A DNA stretch of 63,869 nt, filler included, from an uncultured bacterium (GTDB lineage: Bacteria; CAYJRR01): NCBI GenBank assembly GCA_964372275.1. It is 6 parts of 5 records of this genome, joined end to end, with 100 filler letters (N's around TTAATTAATTAA, not from the genome) between each part and the next. Parts side by side here need not be neighbours in the genome. Positions count along the whole stretch, not along the records: positions 5,062 to 21,582 come from CAYJRR010000002.1; positions 21,683 to 38,737 come from CAYJRR010000002.1; 4 more parts are not named here. One strand, 5' to 3'. This document shows positions 16,907-23,993 of the stretch, in pieces. The notes under the pieces are model-generated. The model made no database searches. It had not been told where the DNA came from and was given only the letters and a program-made list of their open reading frames with translations. Both the position numbers and the translations under genes were made by a program. Numbering within the stretch: position 1 is the stretch's first letter; the number at the start of each line of letters is the position of its first letter.

Positions 16907-18039
16907 CCGGCTTCCCTTCGCGCCGATCCTGTCAGGATTGACAACGCTCCGACGAGGTCTCGTTCGAGATCGTCCGGCTCCTCGAGGCCGAAGCACAGCC
17001 GCACGAGGCCAGGGTCGAGACCGATGCGCCTTTTCTCGTCGGCGGTGAGCGACGCGTGGCTGCCGGAGTATGGCTGGGCCACCATCGAGGTGACCGCAGC
17101 CATTCCGGTGCCGGTCGAAAAGAGACGCAGCGCCGAGGCGAACCGCGGGTAGGCGTCTTCGAGACCCGCGCGAAGCTGGAAGAATAGGATCCCTCCGTAG
17201 CCGGTTAGCTGCTTCCCGTCGACGACTGGAAGGTAGACCGTTTCGACCTCCGACCGTCCGCGTAGGAGTTCGGCCAGGAGTTTCGTCGTTTCCTGATGGG
17301 CGCGCATCCGCAGCGGAAGCGTCTGGGTACTTCGCCGCAAGAGCCACGCCGAGTGTGGATCGAGGTTCGAGCCGACATAGAAGCGCTCCTCGCGCAACCG
17401 ATCGTGGAGGTCGGCGCGGTCGGTTAGCACGACTCCTCCCATCACGTCGCTGTGGCCGGAAAGGAACTTGGTCGCACTGTGAATGGAGAGATCGGCCCCG
17501 TGCTCCAGTGGACGCTGAAAGAACGGCGTGGCCCACGTGTTGTCGACCACCACCAGGCAACGAGGCTCGGCCGCTTTTGCCTCCCGCGCAATGCGCTCGA
17601 TCTCCAGCGTGCGCAGGAAGGGGTTGGTGGGTGTCTCGAAGAAGACCATATCGGCGCCGCTGGCAAGCGCGCCCGTCTGCGCGAGGTCGACGGCATCGAC
17701 CCGGATTCCACGCGATCGAAGGCGGTCGAAGAGCCGAAACGTGCAGCCGTAGATCAGGCGGTGGACGGCCAGTCGCGAGCCGGGTTCCAGCAGCGAAAGA
17801 GCGAGTGAGATGGCCGCCATTCCGGATGCGACGGCGACGGCGTGCTTCGCCCCTTCGAACGTCCGTACGACCTCCTCCAACTCGCGGACGTTGGGGTTGT
17901 CCTTTCGGCTGTAGAAATACGGGGAGTCGGCCGCGAAGGCGCTCGATTGAAAGATCGGCGTGACGACGGGTCGGGCATCGCCGATCTGTATGCGATGGCG
18001 AAGTGCGCGCGTCGTCGCGTGGAATCGAGGATCGGCCAC
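16903..18039 (-). CDS. PLP-dependent Cys/Met metabolism enzyme (cystathionine gamma-synthase/lyase family)
   Basis: PIFQSSAF, YSRKDNP, ASGMAAI, ETPTNP, VVDNTWATP, HSATKFLSGHSDV (PLP Lys), VRLCFGLE; RBS GGAGGAG. Confidence 0.92.
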   Translation of the reverse strand: MADPRFHATTRALRHRIQIGDARPVVTPIFQSSAFAADSPYFYSRKDNPNVRELEEVVRTFEGAKHAVAVASGMAAISLALSLLEPGSRLAVHRLIYGCTFRLFDRLRSRGIRVDAVDLAQTGALASGADMVFFETPTNPFLRTLEIERIAREAKAAEPRCLVVVDNTWATPFFQRPLEHGADLSIHSATKFLSGHSDVMGGVVLTDRADLHDRLREERFYVGSNLDPHSAWLLRRSTQTLPLRMRAHQETTKLLAELLRGRSEVETVYLPVVDGKQLTGYGGILFFQLRAGLEDAYPRFASALRLFSTGTGMAAVTSMVAQPYSGSHASLTADEKRRIGLDPGLVRLCFGLEEPDDLERDLVGALSILTGSARREAG

Positions 18040-18152
18040 GGGCTCCTCCCGAGCGTCACCTCATACCGCGGATCGCGGTGCCACGCCAACGGTGAGCGAC
18101 CGGTCACGCCCGCGCGGACGGTGAACGACCGAGCGTTCGGCCCCTCCTGAAG

Positions 18153-18668
18153 TTATCGCCGAACGCCGGCGCCCGCGCCGCCCCTCGCGCTCGGCCCGCC
18201 GCGCGGGGGAGAGGCATCCCCGCGGGTGCCGGATCCGCGGTCGACGTTGCTCCCGCCGGGTCCGTCCCTCCAGGCGCGCAGCGCGCGCCCGCCGGCGCCG
18301 GCGATCCAGTTGACGGCCCGCTGGGCGACATCCTCCGCCAGTGGCCGGCTGTCGACGCGGATCCCCATCGACATGGCGACGGCCACGGTGTCGACCAGCG
18401 GATCGTCGGAATAGAACCCGATCTCCAGCGCGGTCGCGGTCAGCGAAATCCCGAGGAAGATGACGGCCGGCACCTGGGCTCCCGGGATCAACCCGGCGCC
18501 GAGCGCGGCGATCCCCGCCGCCTCCGAGGTGTTGGCCAGGAGCTGTTGAACCCACGACTCGGGTCGAGGCGCACGCGACGGCGTGGGTTCCGCGAACGAG
18601 AGGCTCGGACTCGAGAGAAGCGCGGCGACCACGAACGCGCCCGCAACGTGCCGTTGAATCGCTCCCAT
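18153..18668 (-). CDS. Secreted/membrane hypothetical protein
   Basis: ATG 18668 after GGAGG; signal-like N-terminus and a hydrophobic hairpin GIAALGAGLIPGAQVPAVIFLGISLTATALEIG. Confidence 0.55.
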   Translation of the reverse strand: MGAIQRHVAGAFVVAALLSSPSLSFAEPTPSRAPRPESWVQQLLANTSEAAGIAALGAGLIPGAQVPAVIFLGISLTATALEIGFYSDDPLVDTVAVAMSMGIRVDSRPLAEDVAQRAVNWIAGAGGRALRAWRDGPGGSNVDRGSGTRGDASPPRGGPSARGGAGAGVRR

Positions 18669-18853
18669 GATTCCTCCCGCCAAGGAACGAATCCAATCGC
18701 CGTACCTGCCGGGCAATCGGCCAACTCCTCGAAATCACTCGAATGCAGGCCGGTCGATCCGCCGCTCGGGGGATACCACCCCATCCGGTACTGGATAGAA
18801 CGCTTGCGATTGACAAACGACGCGGCGGCAGGTTCGCGGTAGAACCAACGGCC

Positions 18854-20044
18854 ATGGCAGCCATGCCCGGTTCCCGGCGATCGGGTCCGTTCACCGTCTT
18901 CAACGTGGTGGCGGCACGGCCGAACTTTCCCAAGGTGGCGCCGATCGACCGCGCGATGCGCGCGCGTCCCGGTCGCTTCCGGCCGGTGCTGGTGCACACC
19001 GGGCAGCACTACGACGACGCGATGTCCGACGCCTTCCTGCGCGATCTCGGGCTACCGGCCCCCGACCATCACCTCGGCGTCGGCAGCGGTTCGCACGCGG
19101 AGCAGACCGCCGAGGCGATGCGGCGGTTCGAGGCGCTCGTCCTGCGCGAGCGACCGGACCTGGTGCTGGTGGTCGGGGACGTGAACTCGACCTTGGCCTG
19201 CGCGATCGCGGCGGCGAAATGCGGCGTGCCGGTGGCGCACGTCGAGGCCGGGCTGCGCTCGTTCGACCGGACGATGCCGGAGGAGATCAACCGGGTCGTG
19301 ACGGACGTGGTGGCGGACCTGTTGTTCGTCACCGAGCGGGCGGGGGTGCGGAATTTGAGGCGGGAAGGGATCGGGGAAGGGAGTCGGAGTCGGAGCCGGA
19401 AGGGCGTTGCAAGGGGAGGGTGGCGTCCGGAGGTGCATCGGGTCGGAGACGTGATGGTGGATGCGCTGGTGTGGGCGCGGCCGCGGGCGGCGGCGATGGG
19501 GGTGCCGGGGAGGCTGGGGCTCGCGGGGGACTACGCGCTGTTGACGATGCACCGGCCGGCCAACGTCGACGACCGCGGCCGGTTCACGCGGCTCCTCGAC
19601 GGTATCGAGCGCGTCGCGGCGCTCGTGCCGGTCGTCTTTCCGGTGCATCCGCGCACGGCCAAGCGGATCGTGGAGCACGGGTTGGAGAACCGGTTCTCGT
19701 CGATCCGGGGACTGACGCGCGTCGAACCGCTCGGGTACCTCGAATTCCTGTCGCTGCTCGACGGGTGCCGCTTCGCGATCACCGACTCCGGAGGGATCCC
19801 CGAAGAGTGCACCTTCCTCGGAATCCCCTGTCTCACCCTCCGCGAGACGACCGAGCGTCCGGACACGGTGACGCACGGGATCAACGTGCTGGTCGGCGAT
19901 TCGGCCGTCCGCCTGTTGCGGGAAGCGCGCCGGATCCTCCGCTCCTCCCGTGCGCGCCGCCGGCCGCCGCGGGGGTGGGACGGCCGCGCGGCGGAGCGCA
20001 CCGTCGAGGCGATCGAGCGATTCCTTCGGCGGCGCCGGCGGTAG
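18854..20044 (+). CDS. wecB: UDP-N-acetylglucosamine 2-epimerase (non-hydrolysing)
   Basis: AARPNFPK, VHTGQHYD, VGDVNST, HVEAGLRSFDRTMPEEINR, TDSGGIPEE, TTERP. Confidence 0.93.
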   Translation: MAAMPGSRRSGPFTVFNVVAARPNFPKVAPIDRAMRARPGRFRPVLVHTGQHYDDAMSDAFLRDLGLPAPDHHLGVGSGSHAEQTAEAMRRFEALVLRERPDLVLVVGDVNSTLACAIAAAKCGVPVAHVEAGLRSFDRTMPEEINRVVTDVVADLLFVTERAGVRNLRREGIGEGSRSRSRKGVARGGWRPEVHRVGDVMVDALVWARPRAAAMGVPGRLGLAGDYALLTMHRPANVDDRGRFTRLLDGIERVAALVPVVFPVHPRTAKRIVEHGLENRFSSIRGLTRVEPLGYLEFLSLLDGCRFAITDSGGIPEECTFLGIPCLTLRETTERPDTVTHGINVLVGDSAVRLLREARRILRSSRARRRPPRGWDGRAAERTVEAIERFLRRRRR

Positions 20045-20105
20045 CGCGAATCGTCCGCTCGGGCGTTGCGGCACCGGGGGCGCGACGGTAGAACGATTCG
20101 ACGTG

Positions 20106-20939
20106 ATGGGTACGCCGGCGATCGAACTCGGACGTCTGTGGCGCGAGCTACGGGACCTGGTGCTGCCGCGCGCCTGCGGGGTCTGCGAGGAACCGTTGGA
20201 GGCCGGGCGCCGCGCGTCGATCTGCGAGGGTTGCGCCGCCGCGTTCGAACGACTCTCCATCGGGTCCGCGACCGCCTGCTCGGGGTGCGGCACGCCGTGC
20301 GGCCCTGCGGAGGCCCTCGAACCGGAAGCCGTTCCGCCCCGCTCGCCCCTCGCCGGTCCGCTTCGCTGTGGAGACTGCGTCCGCCGGCCGCCCATCGCGC
20401 CGTCGGCCTCGTTCGGGGTCTACGAGGGGCGACTGCGGGACGCGATCCGTCGTTTCAAGTTCGCCCCCGAGCCGTCGTTGGGAGCGGTGCTCGGCGCGCT
20501 GGCCCGCCGCGCGTCGGAGAGGTTTCCCGACGTCGACCGGGTCGTGCCGGTGCCGCTCCACCCGCGCCGGCTCCGGGAGCGGGGATTCAACCAGGCCGGT
20601 TTCCTCGCGCGCGAGATTGCGCGCCGCCGCGACGTGGAGCTCTGCGTCGGCGCCCTTCGCCGCGTGATCTCCAGCCGGCCGCAGACGAGCGGGACCCGCG
20701 CCGTCCGCGGCCGCAACGTCCGGCGCGCCTTCGCGCTGGACGCGGAGGCGTCGGCTCGCGTCGCGGGTCTGCGGGTGCTGCTCGTCGACGACGTGCGGAC
20801 CACCGGCGCGACGCTCGACGCCTGCGCCCGCACGCTGCTTTCCGCCGGCGCGGCGCAGGTGCGGGCGGTGACGGTGGCGATCGCCGTCCGGCCGCGTGCG
20901 GCCTGGCCGCGGGCCGCGGCGACGGAGGAGGGTCGATGA
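20106..20939 (+). CDS. comF: ComF family protein (double zinc ribbon + PRTase)
   Basis: CxxC pairs, VPVPLHPRRLRERGFNQA, LLVDDVRTTGATL. Confidence 0.9.
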   Translation: MGTPAIELGRLWRELRDLVLPRACGVCEEPLEAGRRASICEGCAAAFERLSIGSATACSGCGTPCGPAEALEPEAVPPRSPLAGPLRCGDCVRRPPIAPSASFGVYEGRLRDAIRRFKFAPEPSLGAVLGALARRASERFPDVDRVVPVPLHPRRLRERGFNQAGFLAREIARRRDVELCVGALRRVISSRPQTSGTRAVRGRNVRRAFALDAEASARVAGLRVLLVDDVRTTGATLDACARTLLSAGAAQVRAVTVAIAVRPRAAWPRAAATEEGR

Positions 20940-21582
20940 CCTCGCGGGTGCTGGTCGGCGGATTCGACGGGCCGGGCGAGGGGCTCTCGCTCACCTGGCG
21001 CATCGCCCAGACGCTCGATCACCGGTCGCTCTCGTTCGGGGCGGAGGGGACGGCGACGCGCCGGTCCGCCGCCGTCCGGGCGGTGCGGATGCCGACCGTC
21101 GTCGAGGAGGCGCGGCGGGTGGTCCTCGGCGCGGTCGAGCTCTTCGCCCCCGACGCCGTCGTCGTCCTGGGCGTGGCCGCGCACGGCACGTCGTGGCGCG
21201 TCGAGCTCCTGGCGCGGAACCGGGACCGGCGCCCGTCGGCCGCCGCGCCGGACGCCGCCGAACGGCGCGGCGCCGAGGGACCGGAGACCTATGCGCCGAT
21301 CCGCAGCGGCGCGCCACGAATCCTGCCGACAGGACTCGCGCCGCACCGGATCCTGGGGAGCCTCCTCGAGTCGGGTCTGCCGGCCGAACTGTCGGAGGAC
21401 GCCGGGTCGGGGCCGTGCAACCGGCTCTTCTTCGAGCTCCTGCTCGCCGCCGAGGACGGTCTCGTGCCGCCGAGCGTCGGGCTGGTCCAGATGCCCCCCG
21501 CCGGCCACCACCGATCGTTTGCGCTTCGCGCGCCTCGGGGGGCCTCCCCCGATCCCCCTGCTTCCGCGTTCGAAGAGCTGCT
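20936..21582 (+). CDS. Pyroglutamyl-peptidase I (C15)-like protein, 3' partial
   Basis: MTSRVLVGGFDGP, PDAVVVLG, RVELLARN, LSEDAGSGPCN; ATGA overlap with comF. Confidence 0.65.
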
Positions 21583-21682
21583 NNNNNNNNNNNNNNNNNN
21601 NNNNNNNNNNNNNNNNNNNNNNNNNNTTAATTAATTAANNNNNNNNNNNNNNNNNNNNNNNNNNNNNNNNNNNNNNNNNNNN
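21583..21682. other. Artificial contig linker
   Basis: N-run + TTAATTAATTAA + N-run. Confidence 0.98.
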
Positions 21683-21720
21683 CCGTGTCCGCCGTGGTGT
21701 CCGTTGCCGTGGTCGCTCAT
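21683..21720 (-). CDS. Probable start of cytochrome c oxidase subunit I (fragment)
   Basis: MSDHGNGHHGGH, a His-rich N-terminus right after coxB, cut by the linker. Identity is inferred from position only. Confidence 0.4.
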
Positions 21721-21788
21721 CCGTCTTTCCGTGGGTGCGCGTTCTCGACTGCCGTTCTCGTTTCGAATCGCTCGTGGGGACTGGAGGT

Positions 21789-22664
21789 CTACTGGTGGGC
21801 CGGGGCCGGTGAGGCCGCCGGCGCGGTTTCGCCGCCTTGCGCCGCGTGGGCCGCGTCGGGGGGCGCGCCGGGGGTCGCACCGGGGGGAAGACCCTCGGTC
21901 GGGGCCGGAGCGACCTCCGCCGGCTCCTCCTCCCCGATCTGCTCCTTCATCCAGGCGTCGAAGTCGGCTTGCGACTCCGGGATCAGGTTGGCCTTCATCC
22001 GGAAGTGGGAGATCCCGCAGAGCTGCGAGCAGGCGATGTCGTAGGTTCCGGTCTTGGTCGCCTTGAACCAGATCGAGACGTCCATTCCCGGGATGGCGTC
22101 CTGCTTCAGCCGCAGGGTGTTGACGCCGAAGCTGTGGATCACGTCGTTGGAGGTGAGCTTCGCGATCACCGGCTTCTCCACCGGGAAGTGGAACTGGTTC
22201 ACCGCGACGACGTCGTCCTTGCCGTGCTCGTCCGACGGGTCGATCCCGACCGGATTGGCGTTGTCGACGAACTTCGGGGAGCGCTTCCCGAAGACGCCGT
22301 CGCGGCCCGGGTAGTGGAAGTTCCAGGCGAACTGCTGTGCGACGATGTTCACCTGCGTGCTCTCGGCGGCCGACGGGAACTCGCTCTTGAACTTGGCCCA
22401 GACCGGCATCGAGAAGCCGACCAGGAGAACGGCCTCGAAGACGGCGACGCCGACCTCCAGCCATTTCGACCAGGTGGCGTGGATCGGCTCGTAGGTCGCC
22501 CTGTGTCCCGGCCGCGCGCGGAACTTCCAGAGGGCGACGGCCATGAAGATCCCCCAGAAGACGAACAGCGCGAGCATGAACCAGTGGATCACGCTCATCA
22601 TCGCGTCGACTTTGGCCCCGTGCTCGGCGATGTTCTCGGGCAGCCCCCAGTTGAATCCGTCCAT
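21789..22664 (-). CDS. coxB: Cytochrome c oxidase subunit II
   Basis: Two TM helices, AQQFAWNFHYPG, CuA ligands DVIHSF...CSQLCGISHFRM. Confidence 0.95.
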   Translation of the reverse strand: MDGFNWGLPENIAEHGAKVDAMMSVIHWFMLALFVFWGIFMAVALWKFRARPGHRATYEPIHATWSKWLEVGVAVFEAVLLVGFSMPVWAKFKSEFPSAAESTQVNIVAQQFAWNFHYPGRDGVFGKRSPKFVDNANPVGIDPSDEHGKDDVVAVNQFHFPVEKPVIAKLTSNDVIHSFGVNTLRLKQDAIPGMDVSIWFKATKTGTYDIACSQLCGISHFRMKANLIPESQADFDAWMKEQIGEEEPAEVAPAPTEGLPPGATPGAPPDAAHAAQGGETAPAASPAPAHQ

Positions 22665-22820
22665 TCCGTCCTCTTGTTTGTTGCGCGGCGGTGCAACCCT
22701 TTCCGGAAACGGCGCAGGGAACGCGGGTTTACCAACTCCCCCCCGGGCGGGTCAACACGTTTGGGCCCGTTCGCGAATGTTCCCAAGCGGTTACGCGCGC
22801 CGGAGCAGGGTCGCGCACGC

Positions 22821-22910
22821 ACCGCAGGGCGACGAGTGGATACGTGTCGGTTTCGGTATCCGATCCGATCCGGTCCGTTTCGGATACCGACTCGGGTCGG
22901 GACCTGCGGT
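22821..22910. repeat. Intergenic palindrome between divergent genes
   Basis: TCGGTATCCGA 22853-22863 / TCGGATACCGA 22880-22890, nested within ACCGCAGG...CCTGCGGT. Confidence 0.55.
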
Positions 22911-23054
22911 TTGCCATGCCTGTCCGCTGACGCGGCGCTTCCGCGTAGAAACGTGCCTGGCTACTCGATGTCACCGCGCGATTTTTCGGGCGCTTGCGCG
23001 CGGCACGTCGATTGCTCGTGTCGCGCCGCCGGAACTTCGACACGGGAGAGATCG

Positions 23055-23930
23055 ATGAATCGTCGAACCGTCGCACAGGGAGTCGCGCTGTCCATCCTCG
23101 CCGCCGTCTTCGCCGCCCCGACCTTCGCGCGGGCCGCCGCCGGCGACCTTGCCAAGCTCGAGGGGACGGTCAAGGTCTACCGTGCCGCCTGCTCGTTCGA
23201 CACGCCGAACTGTCCGTTCACCGTCAAGATCGCGGCCGGCGAGACCGAGCACCTCGTCGAGGGGGCGCTCAAGGCCGACCTCGCCGCGTTCGAAGGGAAG
23301 GCGGTCACCGTCCGCGGCCGCTACACCGAGAACGGCGTCCTGGTGAAGGGGTTCCGCCCCGGCAAGGACCGTCCCTTCTTCATCGGCACCGTCGTCGTCG
23401 AAGGGGAGGTCACCCAGGATCGCAAGCCGCAGGTCGGCCTCAAGATCAACGACCGCGTCTACGAGGTGGTCGACCGGGACCTCGCCTACCGCTTGGCCGG
23501 TCTGGACGGCGCCGTCGTCACCCTGACCGGTGAGGCGGTGATGACCGCCGACGGCAAGGCGCGATTCGAAGGGAAGTACGACCAGCTCCTCGTCCGCGGG
23601 ACCTGGACCAAGTCCGACATGGCGTTGGACAGCCCGTTCGCCCAGGAGATGCCGAGCGCCGCGCTCCTCCTCGACAACGGCCGCAAGCTCAACCTCACCG
23701 GCAAGAAGCGCAACGACCTGATGGGCAAGGTGGTCTGGGTGTCCGGCGGCCTCGTCGCCTCGCCGAACCAGGGGGAGCAGTTCGTCCGCGCCCAGGACGT
23801 GAGCGCGCCGGTCTTCCAGCTCGACTCGGTCACCACCGACGCCGGCTCGAACCTGTCGCGTGGCGCGTCGACCGCCGGCGGGACGACCACGTCGCAAAGC
23901 GGCGGCACCGGCGCCGGCGTGAACCGCTAA
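23055..23930 (+). CDS. Secreted hypothetical protein with three short beta-rich repeats
   Basis: MNRRTVAQGVALSILAAVFAAPTFARA signal peptide; repeated GKAVTVRG / GAVVTLTG / GKVVWVSG; Ser/Thr/Gly tail. Confidence 0.75.
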   Translation: MNRRTVAQGVALSILAAVFAAPTFARAAAGDLAKLEGTVKVYRAACSFDTPNCPFTVKIAAGETEHLVEGALKADLAAFEGKAVTVRGRYTENGVLVKGFRPGKDRPFFIGTVVVEGEVTQDRKPQVGLKINDRVYEVVDRDLAYRLAGLDGAVVTLTGEAVMTADGKARFEGKYDQLLVRGTWTKSDMALDSPFAQEMPSAALLLDNGRKLNLTGKKRNDLMGKVVWVSGGLVASPNQGEQFVRAQDVSAPVFQLDSVTTDAGSNLSRGASTAGGTTTSQSGGTGAGVNR

Positions 23931-23993
23931 CTTGTCGCGCCGGTTCGCGGCGTGCTACCTCACGGGCTCCCGTCACGCGGGGGCCCGTCGACT

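Noticed and set aside
21837-23054. N-terminal 400 aa of the 697-aa ORF; likewise the long leaders on ORFs 24389, 39217, 48416 and 52412
   Set aside because: They overlap real genes (coxB, leuS, DUF4388, psuG/rnhB, EBP). The true starts with RBS or stop-start overlap lie downstream.
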